From the NCBI GenBank assembly GCA_030141605.1, contig JAQGDQ010000013.1:62001-126000 (forward strand): a stretch of DNA of 64,000 nt, in the 5' to 3' direction. The notes below the pieces were generated by a model, which did no database searches, was not told the DNA's origin, and worked only from the letters and a program-made list of their open reading frames with translations. The stretch comes from Tubiluchus corallicola (taxonomy: Eukaryota; Animalia; Priapulida). Below, piece by piece: positions 42,015-54,342 of the stretch (the stretch's first letter is position 1; each line of letters starts with the position of its first letter). A program made the translations under genes and the position numbers.

Positions 42015-45000
42015 CTACTTGTCGATATCAGTCTCCGGTGACATTACATTCACTTCCGAATCCTCTTTTGAGTCTGTATCTAATAATGGACTGCCAGGAC
42101 GGTCACTCGGTGTTGTGACGGACTGTAACAAAAAAAAAACACAATTGACAACTGACTAATCATCAGAAAGACAATGTTATTTTCTTTACTTTTTGCATTT
42201 CCATTTCCACTAAATCAGTAAAATTGAAAAGCCCTGGCACTCTGCTATGACACAATATCACTGTCCTTATAACACACAGTTTTAATTGTAATATGCAATG
42301 TTTAACCATTCAAGTGGTTGTTTATACAAGTTTTGAGTTGACTCATACAGTTACTTTTAAAATTAAAAAAAGTTAAAAATATTGTTAAGATCAAACTTCA
42401 GAAAAAAATGACTCAGACTATCAAAGCATATAGAATGGCACCTGTCTCGGGACATAAACCTCCAGTGTTAAAGCCTCGTACATAACAAAAAATAAAGGAA
42501 ATGCAAGGCCTGTTCTAATTTAGTCCAAATAAATGATCAAATTCTGCTGATTTGATGATAATATCATTCTGTTCTATTTGAAAAAATATTAAGTTAAAAT
42601 TCAATTTTTTTAACTTTTGCCCAGTGCTAATGAAGATACCTGTAATAATTCCGTGTCTAAATTGCTACAAGACGGTGTAGGTACACCAAACGACGCAGTC
42701 ATGTCTTGCTGATAAGTTTCACTTGTTATTTCTAGCAGAGGGCATTCTTCTGAATACTTCTGCTGTTGGAGCAGGGTCATTGACAATTCATCAGAGCCTC
42801 CTATGAAAACAGCCACATTATATACCATAGTATCTTACGATTTGAGAGTAAGTGCCGAGAGCATTAATGACATCTACTAGTCAAATATTTGTTGAAAATC
42901 AGGCATGCTGGATGATTAATCTCTCCTGCTTGCGGGATAAGACAGTTGATGGAATGAAAGTAAAATTGTTTATGCCCAGAAATGACTACACAACAAAAGC
43001 CTTGCGATTTGTAAATGCAACACAAAACAGTGAGGAAAAACAAAATTTATAAAGTGAACTTAGGCATCAAAGTGAAAGTGAAAAAACTGTTTTAACTTTG
43101 ATTCCCAACTTCATGTCACAAAATTCTGCAACAACAGTATTAAGCTTGGGGCTTTGGGGTACAATTATGATCTAACATTATTAAGATAAAATCATTAAAG
43201 CAAAATCTAGAAGGATCATAGAAGCTATAAAAGGTTGCAGTTTAATAAGGAAAAAAATTGGGAATAACTTGAAACTTTCTGTTACTCGAAAACGTATCAG
43301 ATACAAGGCTACAACTATTACCTCCAATGCAAATTTAAAATGAAGCAATTATTCTGAAATTAGTCACATGCTATAAGGTGCAAGAACTAACCAGTTATTG
43401 TTCGTTCACGTTTTACTTTTTCTTCACTGTCCGATTTATCAACGTTAATTACCGTATCAATATGTCCAACATCAGCATCCTAAACAAGTGCAAAGTAATT
43501 AAAATTTCGCAAACACATCCAGCTATTCAATGAAAATTCTTTGTTTTGATAAAAATACATAATAATATTGACTAGAAAAAACGAAAGATGTGCTAAACAA
43601 AAATGTTTAACTGATAGATATTGTCTCCTTTACAATATTTAATTAGATTACTCAATGTTAAAGATCACAAAAAAATCAAATAAAATGTTTTGGAAAATTC
43701 AGTAAGATTTCTGTAAGGGTTGGTTTGCAAAACTCGCATCTGCTTTTGACATGTGATGGGTTTTTTTTATATTTTACACATGTATTGATATACAAACTGT
43801 GGATAACTAATGTAGCTTAGATTTATGGTCTTTTTATCAAAAGTGTATATACAGTAATTTCTGCCAAACAGCTGAAATAACACGTGACTGCAGTATGTCT
43901 GTGTGCATTTGTTGAATTTTGTATATAATTTTGCTGACTACTTCAATAATGTGTAAGCAAAAACTCATTCATAATAAGGAATAAGTCATTGTAGAAATAA
44001 TGGAAACTGGTGTTCAAAATGTCATCTTGGAAGGGATTGCAACTTCCCACTGTAACATATGGCATAAATAAAGTTATAATGAACCAGACATTGGACCTGA
44101 CTGAGTACTAAATGTCCACAGGGACTTGACTAGACATCATTGTAACTTGATTCATGTTATTTGTTCAAAAACGAAAAGGTAGCTTTTTATTGCTACACCA
44201 TTCTTTTAGAAAATGACAGTCTGGTCAACAGTTGTGGCAAGCTAATAGAAAGTTGCCTGGAGACAAAGATGTTCAGAGTTACACATTTTTTACATGAATA
44301 TTTCTGCTTGTTTATAAAACAACACAACTGTATTACATAATTATTATTTGCAAATTCCACACGAACTTTCACCTATATTTATAAAAAAATAATTCTTTTA
44401 TTAATTGCACTCTGCCACTACAGTTCTGCTTATAAATCACACAGAAGGCAATTATACTGTTTGCAGTTGATGGCTCGTTGCCAGCATTTTACAAGAGATT
44501 AAGTCTGTAGAGATTAATACTGTAATGTCATTAAGTACATTACACAATTCTGGATTTCAGAGGAGTACAAAGTCCTCACATTTCAATGTTTATTGTTTAA
44601 TATGAAGGGTTGGGGTTAAGAAAGCAACGGAGCATAAAATAATATTTGTAGGTGATGCCATTACAATTATTTTGATATTAAACACATTATAACATACATA
44701 CACTTTCATCCAAGTGAAGACGGTCTTTGAATCCTGGTAATCTCATATGAAACTGACAAGCAGCATTCTCATTTAAATGAATGAGCGGTTTAGAGCACGG
44801 CGGTTCACCGTGTTTACAAAGTTGGTAAAGAACCTGTGTGGGATCATCGCAGATATGTTCAGAACAAAATCTGGTCAATGGAACTGCCGTTTCATTGCAA
44901 GTTAAACTGTCCTCTTTGTGCTCACATTTGGGTAAGACTTGTGGCTTGTACGATGCACCTGCAAAAACAATAATACAGTATAATCCACTACTGTAATATT

Positions 45001-48000
45001 GTGTGTCTGTTGTAACGAGCCTTTACAAGTTGTTACGAGCAAATTTCAAAGTATCGTCAATTATTAGGCTCAAATAACCTATTTAAATCTTGCTTACAGC
45101 GAACTCTGATATTACGAGATTTTGTTTATTATGAAAGAATTGTACCACTCCATGATTGTACTTGGGCACCGTTCACCAAGGGTAAAAATGTCACAGTGCC
45201 CGTGAAGTTCAGTATTTGATCATGAAAAAAAAACAAATATAAGATACCCATGCACAACACATTCAGTTATCAGCACGTCATCACAATGAACCACAGTATT
45301 TTTAACTTGCGCGGCAGTTTTAAGCAAAAATTTATTGCATGAAATGCTGTCTTAGTCCTAGAAGCATTCAAATAACAGAATTTAAACATATTTACTCCTT
45401 GGGATAAAATAATTGCTAGTTGCTACCACTTTCCATTTTAGTACTTCAACTTCGGTAAGAGAAAAATGTGAACGTGTAAAAGATGTGATGAACGTTTTAC
45501 AACTAAAATACCTTCCGAATGAGCTATCCTCCTCTCTTTTGATTTCTTATGAAGAACCGCTTCTCTGCCATGTCTCTTGTGATAGCGTTTTAGAGCATGA
45601 AGTTTATCGTAGAGTTTTTGCTCCTGCAGTGTAGATGGCACTACGTTATGTTCACTACCTGTGGCAAAAACAATACGATTTCGTAGCAATATCGACAAAG
45701 GATCATTATCTGGTCACAAGCAGGGATGTTCCAATCCGATAAATAATCGGCAATCGGCAAGCAAACTTGGATATAGGAACAGACCGGTGATCGGGACGAT
45801 ATACTTTAATATCAGCAATAGTAATGTAGCTACTGATATGCAGTTAAGTGACAGTAAATCGTAATTCAACTTAACTTAGGCAACAGTTAACCAAAATGCA
45901 TAGAAAAATAGCAAATCAGTTAACTGTCAAAAGGCAATTTTTATTTGTTGTAACACATTGAGGTGTAAACCTGCATTTATAATTGCATGCTCACATGTAA
46001 AAGTAAAATTAACTGTTTGCAGACTCGTGATTTGATCTGTTATTTCAAAAGTAAACAAACTAGGTCCGTTAACGTGCAGTCCCAGCAGCCAAGCAAAACG
46101 ACCTTGAGCACACATGTGAGTATCCATGCATAAGTTTATTGCTGTTAAATGCCCATAGGTTGGGAAACACTCTCGTAACTATTAATCATATTTCGAAAGG
46201 CCTACACTGACAAAACAGAAAAAGTATCTCAAAGTGCATGAATAATTACAATACCTCATTAAATTATAGCGCCACAAGCATTTCATTACAATCATGTAAG
46301 CTCTAAATCTGTCATTCTTACCTAAAATGCCCTTTTCATTCTTCAAGGCCTGCAGATACTTGCGTCGTTTCTCTTTTAGCAAATGTTGGAGACGCTTGAA
46401 CTGATCAATGTAAAGGGACTGAAGGCGGATTAACTTATCCCGAGTGATCAAAGCAACTTCTTCAGCAGTGTAGACACCAGCGTGCCTGGAATCATTAATA
46501 AATAATTGAAGCTGGGCTGAGTGAATGGACACCATTCTAGCTGGCATAAAGATAATATTTTATGAAAAGAAAAAACTTAGTTTTGTGTGTCATAGATTAA
46601 CTTTTTATTCAACAGAAAACAGCATGAGCATTTTTTGTGCAAAATGATTTATGGAATGCAAGCGGCACGTGTACTATTGCTATTGCTAAAGAGAAAAGTG
46701 TCAGTTAATTCACATCTTAACCTCAGATGGTGAAGTTTCATCACATAGGGCCAATACCAATCAGAATAATGCTCTTTATAATGGGAAATAAGGCCAATGA
46801 AATGGTTAATCTACCAAAAATGACAAGAGAACTAAATTTTCCATCTAGTCATCAACATGTCTGCAATTCAGTTATCATATTCAGTAACAGATAAACAACA
46901 AAATAACAGTTTGTTTGTTTCTCTACTTCGTGTCTGCCCGTTTATTTATCAGTTTACTTTTTTATCGTTTTTTATTAGGCTTTACTAATTGGATTTAGAT
47001 TGCAAAGTTTATTTACAGAAATTTAACATTTTGAAATATCGAATTTCATATTCCCTGTTGTACCCAAATCCAGGAAATTTGGGTTAAGCTTGTATATATA
47101 CTCACATATTTGTTAATATTTGCAAAAAAAACATACATTTGTGTAAGTTTGGCATAAAGAATGTGAATTATTAAGTAAGTTCATTATCTAATTTTGGTAA
47201 ATGTTATTAAGATCCATTTTGTAAATTTTACAAAATAAAACAAACATCAGCTAGGTTGTGGCTACAAGACACAGTTTAACTAGTTCTGCGTTCAAATGCA
47301 CAAGCAAGTCTGTGTAAGAGCAAGATATTTTGTAAATTGTGAAAATGAAGTGTACAGTTGTGCCATGCACTCGTTTAGGTGTTAAACTAAATAAGTAAAC
47401 AAGCAAATATTTATACACACGGTTTTTTATGAAATACTAACTTACTTTAATGGATCTTCTTGTTCTGAATCTATACTCTCTGCATCGCTGTCTCCATCAC
47501 CCCTATATGTTTGATCAATTAGTGGCAATTCCTGATCACTGTCACTGTCACTAGCATAGTCTACAAAATGCACAAAATTAAGTAGAAGGCAGTAGTTATG
47601 ACAACACTGAATTGAAATAAGAAGCTAGCACCTTATCGTCGCTTGAATAAATGAAGTATGGTTGGGAGAGTGTGGAAAGCTCAGTGCAAGTGAACGAGTG
47701 TACTTGTCTGTCCGCATTATTCAGCTCTTCAGGTTATTATACGAGGTTAACGAAACCAAGCTATTTAAATAGACAGCAAAGAAGAATCTCAAACATTTTG
47801 TATTACATTTCTTAGGCAAACCAGTTGACCTTTCATTATATCACTTTACACAGAGACACGCTGTGAAATAGCCGACCACATTTCTGATAAAGACGCTGTT
47901 TTTTTGTTGTCTGTTCTAGTGACTTCTGCATTTTGCTTTTCTATTATTTAAGTTTTCCCTTTCTCTTTTCCCCATTGTTCTTTCATTTTTTCAATTATTC

Positions 48001-50892
48001 TTTTTCCTTTTTTCTCTGTTGCTTAGCATGCCCGAAGTGACTTCCAACAGATTACAAACAAAACCAGGATTTTTAATGCATTAAGTCAAATGGCAAAACT
48101 TTACTCTCTGTAATTTTGAGAAGACATTAAGATTTTTAACATAGCAACAAAGTAAGGAAAGCAAGCATCAAATGTATCCAAAATAACATAATAATTTTAC
48201 CCTAAGCACATTGCCATTTCAGGTAGGCTTCTACAGTGGGCATCATTTATTAGACTCACAGTTGATAGATAAAATCAGCTGACTCAAAAACATCTGTTGT
48301 GGGACGCTAAAAACTGTCGGTAACTCAACTAACTCTGCATGATCGATTCAATATTTCTGACTTAAAGTATATACTTAAAGTAAGGCATTTGTGTGTGATC
48401 ACAGAGCTTTTGCTACATTCATGTCCTCTTTACTTCACTTCTGTGCTCTATAATATAGGTAGAAGTAATATAGGTAAGTAGCAATCACTAGAAGTACCAT
48501 TTTTGTAAGCAGGTTTGTTTATCACATGCTAATATGCTAACATAACATTTTGCTTTCATTCTATCACCCGCTCATCTGTTGTAAACTTATGGAAGCTAAA
48601 CTTTTATTACGTGCCTAGCAGTTTCCTTTTGAAATGCCTGGGGCTCTTCATAAAATATCTGTTATGCCATTGTAACTGTTGTTGTTATGCCACAGATTTG
48701 TTGACAGCAATCTGTCAGTATGCTTTGAAAATTTACAAACATCATAAAGCAACTAAAAGCATAGAGTAATTTTGAAAAATAAAGCACAAGCAGCAGTACT
48801 TGTATGAAATAGCTCTCACAGCCTTTGCAGTACATAGTAGGCAGAAGAGTGATGATTCCTATTTGTTTACCAGTAATATTACACCCGTCGGCTAGTTGGA
48901 TCAAAGCACTTCCACCCCAAAGCAAGTCTAGTAAGCGCTGCCTACTGCATTTAAAAAACATGCTTCGAAAATGTCCAGAGCCTAAATATCCTAGCAAAAC
49001 ATCTATTTGCTTCACACTCCAAAAAATTATCAAAGCAAATTGAAACCTTCTGTAATGTTTCGTTTAGCAATTTTTTAAACTTAATACTCTGTAACCAACA
49101 AATCTTAATAATATTTATACCCAAGATTTTGCTGGCAGATGATGCAAGTACTGAAGCTTGTTCAAGTTTTCTCAATGTGAAAGCAGCATCACCTCCTCCT
49201 TCTTCTGGCGTCTTTGTTTTAATCTGATATTGAGACAAATTTTCCAGGATTGTCTCTGGTGTTTCTGCAGGTTTACACTGTCTAACCGCTCGCTGGCGCA
49301 TGAGGCTTGCTCGTCGTCCGTGCTCTAGACAGTAACTGCAAATGACAATTATCATCACATTTTAGTAATTTGAAGCACATTCTAGAGTCATTGCCAAGAA
49401 AAGCTGACCTGCAAACTTTCAATTTTACTAATAACAAAAATCCTGCCAATTTCATAAAACATTTACAAAGTTCTGACTTTAAAAATGAGACTTCACAGGC
49501 ATAAGAGTTCTAGTGTACATTAAAGAAATTTTTTCTCATAAACTTTTAAAGAACCAATTTCAGTTAAAACTTATTATTCTATAATGTAACTGACATCATT
49601 GAAATTCAGTACCAGTGCATCCCTTATTGCCAAAGCCACTGCATGCAGTTCCAACAAGAAGGACAGTTTACTATTACATGTGTATAAAATCTAGCAAGCA
49701 TACTGCAATTCACAGTCCTGTACAAGAATACAAGAAAAACAAAGATAGGTTCAAAGATAGTTTTTTCTTTTTCTTTGTATTTTCTCTAAAACTAGATCCG
49801 AAAACAAGATCAGATATTGTTAGAGAGAATGCACACATAAAGATATTTTTTGTCAGATTAGTTCTACAATTTCTCAAAATTTATAAAGACATGCAGAAAG
49901 CATTATTGACTCCTAATAACTTGACTTTTGATACAAGCTCAAATTTTTTTTACATCCAAATTTTGTTCTAAAAAATTTATACACACAATTCCCAATGATT
50001 ATAAGCGTCAAACGTAGTCTCTACAACTATACTTTTTGACAATAATATAAGCTTTCGGTTGCATTTGGCAATTTTTGAGATTCCAACTTGTGGCCTTTCA
50101 TTGTATGTCATTGTAAGTAATCGTCCATAAATTCAGCAGCATCCATCCTCTACAATGTATACAGCCAACATTTTGCAAAACAAACCTGCCTAGTTGCAAT
50201 TGTTGAAATTTTGGATCTCTTTTGCAGGGAGGAAAACCAGAAATTAAAATGTTTTGCTAATATGGATATATTGCAAAATTAGCTGATTTTAGCTTGCCGG
50301 TAGACCTCATGTCAAACTGATTCGGACCCTAATGCTACAGAGCATTATAACACTGTAATTTTGCAGCCATTAAACTTTCCATCTGTTCTTCACTACTCAA
50401 GATGCGACTTCGCAAAGAGCTGTGACGTCACTGACAAGATGCCCCAAAGTCATCTGCACCAAAAAACATCCCAAAGCAACATAAGTGGTTTAGGTATAAT
50501 TGATTAAACTCAGAATTTATGTGGTATTGTGTTGAACGCAACATGGCAACATAAGTTACCCAGACTGTGACTATCCAAGTCAGGGGACCTGATAAAGGGC
50601 AAACAACAGTAACTTCTTAAAGTCTGTTAGAAATGGTGTTTAATAATAACATTACAGTAATCTTTAAATTCACTTACCCATCACGTTTGTCAGATTTCGG
50701 TGCTGCATTCGGGCACCGCTTATTGTTTGTCGAAGACACATATGAACATTGTTTATAAGAAGAGTTTTTATCCTCTAGTATATGACGAATGCAGTATTCG
50801 GAACCATCAACTCGATTCTGCATGCATATTCTGTGACTATAGTTGCAGAAGAGTCCTTCGATCGGTACGTGAACTTTACCAAACCGCTGCAT
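42015..50892 (-). CDS. KANSL2: KAT8 regulatory NSL complex subunit 2; exons approx. 50678-50892, 49121-49335, 47446-47560, 46322-46485, 45512-45658, ~44700-44958, (~43394-43479), ~42640-42800, 42015-~42143
   Basis: [50 protein letters not shown]|[38 protein letters not shown] and [11 protein letters not shown] match KANSL2. The last three exons are less certain. Confidence 0.93.
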
Positions 50893-51249
50893 TGCAAACC
50901 AAGATATTAAATAAGAAAATCCTGAAAAATAAATCAATCAAGCCAGTGGTTAGACATAGTTACAGAGCAATAATGCGCAGAGCTTTCTTCGGCTAAGCTG
51001 GAAACTAAAATGAAAAAATTACTTCGTGAAATAGGTAGCAATATTCAGAAATTCGATATGCGCTTTGGCATTATATGAAAATTAAGAGCATAATTTCGGA
51101 ATCATCAGGACAGGTAAATACGCACAGGGAACAAAACTTATGCACAGCTAATCAGACTTAAAACTGTATATATTAAATGTATATTAATAATCTTTCATAA
51201 TAATTTTGGCTTCTTAAACTTTTAAAGCATCACTATCGTGAAGCCCGCA

Positions 51250-51690
51250 ATCTCTCCTTAAAAAGGTTTAAATTCGGTGCACTACCACTCTTTCTGGCAA
51301 AGTGTTCCATTTGTTCACTACACGGTGTGAAAAAAGAACTTTTAGTTACAATTACTTCTTGCATAGTATATACAGTTTCTTAGAATGACCAGTGGACAGC
51401 AGAGGTGCAGCCTTAAATAATGTACCACAGCTAATGCGTTTGTCTCCATTTATGTACTTGAATACCTCATACAGGTCAGCTGTTTCTCTTCTCTGTCAGA
51501 ATGAACAAATCACTACATGACATAATCGCAGGCACCTATCTTGAACTTTCTCTAATCTCTTGATGTCGAATTGTAACGATCGTGACCATACTACACTAAA
51601 ATATTCTAATAATGGTCACACATAAGCTTTGTAGAGAGTTAACACCAGCATAGGATCCCGGTTAACAAAATATCTTTAATGCTCAGCTGT
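51250..51690 (-). mobile_element. CR1/L2-clade LINE 3' fragment
   Basis: Degenerate LYKAYV.PLLEY..VVW...DIKRLEKVQ motif of the CR1-type ORF2 C-terminus on the minus strand. Confidence 0.55.
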
Positions 51691-52589
51691 AATTAGTTGT
51701 TAAATTACATTTTTTGTTAAGAAAAGTTATGTAAAACACGGTGCTCAATAAGAAAACTCTTTTATCGTCCTAGATTATCATCTGATTCGTCTTGGTCATA
51801 GATTACGTCTGAGTCATAGATCAGCGTCACTGAAAAATAGACTTTGCATCCTATAAAGGTGCTCGCCTCCTATAAGGTCGAGATAGGTGGAGTATCGCAA
51901 TTGCAATCGCAATAGATAATAACACCATTAAGTGCGTCGATATTTTCTTATCTATATTTCAATTGCGATTAGAATGTTCGCTTTTCTGTTATCTTTTTAG
52001 TCTTCTTATAGATGTAATGAGACCTTAAAGAAGATATTTTTATAGTAGTGATTTCTGTCGAGAATCGAGATTTATGACATAATAAAACATAAAACTAAAT
52101 TTGTTTTAGAAAAAAAGTAACTTTATAATAATGATGGATAGTCCTTGACAAATACAAATGTATTTTTTACAACAATATCATCAATATTAATAGCTCCATC
52201 AATATCATCATAACATTAAACTAAGTATCTAATGCTTTAAAGAGAGAAACTGTATAGGGCACATAACTCGCTAACCTGTTTACTTAGTAGGAAACAATTA
52301 TTTGTCCATGAGAGAGTGAAATGGATCACCTGTCTGTGACACCAGACTAAATAAAAAATGATGTACCTTAAGCAAATGTTGGAACCGCCTAAAAAGTGTG
52401 CTTATTTCACTTCAAAGAAGATTAATATTAGCACATATTAATTATACTAGCTCAGAATAAAATTCTTTTATTTTATCAGATGTATAATAAATTATTCAAG
52501 GTTTATTGACGTTTTTAATTATTACTATTACATAAACAAGGACAACGGAGGGTGCCAACGGACAACGACTCAATTCGTGACCTGTCTCT

Positions 52590-52670
52590 AGTGTCCTATT
52601 TGGGCAGCCCATGTACGACGCGTCCTACTTGGGCTAGCCCATGTACGCCAATTGTCCTACTTCGGCTAGT
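52590..52670. repeat. Short ~30-bp tandem repeat (about 2.5 copies) in a GC-rich patch
   Basis: GTCCTA(T/C)TTGGGC(T)AGCCCATGTACG occurs twice, followed by a partial third copy GTCCTACTTCGGCTAG. Confidence 0.75.
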
Positions 52671-52959
52671 GGATTACTCCGCGCCCAATTGGAAGGTCGA
52701 CCGGCGCCCATCTTGCTTGACTGCTCGTCACTGTCACTGAGTCGTCAGTATCTCCATTCGCCAGTGCTCAAACCATTATGGGTGCAAAACAACAAAAACT
52801 TTTCGTATTTTAATTTAAGAAATTGGGAGAAAACCTTTTATTTATAAAACAATAAAATTTGTTGAAGAGCTTCCTCTAAAATTTGAAACCTTAAATTTTT
52901 GGAAATATTTTTTTGCAATGCAGTTTGAAAGAGCAGAACTGCAGACGACACAAAGGCTT

Positions 52960-53030
52960 TCTGACGTCATTAGCGAGCATAGCAACTTTCTTAGCAACAG
53001 TTATGGGTTGAAGACAGAAAGCTGTGTTGG
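52960..53030 (+). promoter_or_regulatory. Candidate promoter and first non-coding exon of the SKICH gene
   Basis: Perfect CRE TGACGTCA (52962-52969), two TAGCAAC RFX-type half sites (52980-52986, 52992-52998) and a splice donor GTAAAT at 53030. Confidence 0.4.
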
Positions 53031-53419
53031 TAAATTTTCTATAACTTTTACTAAATTTTCAGCATATAATATTTACAGAACGAACTTTCGTAAATTATGG
53101 TTTTGTATTTCAGGTTTTTTACAACTTGGGAGCGAGCTGTAAAAAGCGAGCGCTGATCTAGCTGTTGAGGAAACAGTGCAGGGTGACACCCTGCTGTCAC
53201 CAGAGGTGTAGCCTACCAGGTTACCAAGTCTTCTCTCTTTGGCAATCAAGACGGAATTGACTGGGGTTTTCCCGTGTTTTAATGTCATACGTGAATTTTA
53301 TAACCAACAAAGCTAAACGATTTAAAGCCTGGTAGGTTTCAAAATTATATGTTCATAGTAAATTGTCTTTGAGCATACTATTTTTTATTTTCATTATTGA
53401 CAATGATGACAATAGTAAA

Positions 53420-54130
53420 TCTAGAATTTGTGGATGATACTAAACGTGCTTGGCTTGTTGACACAAACAGTTATTACAATTACAAAACTATATCATTTCA
53501 CGGGGTGATAAATGGCAAATGCATTTTAACACAGAAGATGGGAAGTGCAAAGTTATGCATGTAGGTAAAAAAAGCCTTATGCTTACACACTGGATATTAC
53601 TCACTTACTTGTAGTTACTGAAGAAGTTGACCTCGGTCCCATCGCAGACGAAAATTTAAATCTTTTATGTCTTACACTTTTACTTCCCGATCGATCTGGG
53701 TCAGTTCATTTTACCACTTTACCTTTCTTTTGTATGTTCTCACATTGGCTATGTCAGCCATGTTCGGAGTCTGCAATTTTTAAAAGATATAAGTAGCACT
53801 GAATATGTTCAAGAATGTTTTGTTAACATGGTTGAAGGTCTTCATGGTTTGTCCTATTAAAAGATTAATTTTAGTGCTAGCGTGATTGTTCAGTTGAAAT
53901 TTTTAAAATTATACTCACTGAAAAATTTAAAATCACTGAAATTGATACTTTTTTTCTCTTTTAATAATTTAGTGTTAACTAGGATTATAGTTTTAAACTT
54001 TTTAAAATATTTTTTTGATATCTACTGATTTATAGTTTTCCTAATTCCGAATGCCCATCCTGAAAAATATGTAAATGCTGTTAATATTGATTTATTTAAA
54101 AGAGAACTAGATAAATACTCTGTATCTATA
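53420..54130 (+). mobile_element. CR1/L2-clade LINE fragment
   Basis: Remnants FVDDTK, WQMHFN...KCKVMHVG and terminal FKRELDK, interrupted by stops and frameshifts. Confidence 0.6.
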
Positions 54131-54342
54131 TATAAGGCAACTTTCTTTCCGAGCTTTTAGGGCTCATTGAAGTTTGAGTTTGCTTGCACTATGTAGTTGA
54201 ATAATCAGTTTTTTACTTGACTGACTATACTGGGTTTCGATGATCATTTTTCGCCATGCTCACCTTGGATGGTGAGTAACCCGTTTTGTTTGTGTTAACT
54301 ATTAACTTTTTAAATTTAAGAAATTATTTTGCTTTTTAGAAA

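Noticed and set aside
52590-52670. CRISPR-like array
   Set aside because: Only ~2.5 adjacent repeat units without unique spacers, no cas genes, and a eukaryotic context.
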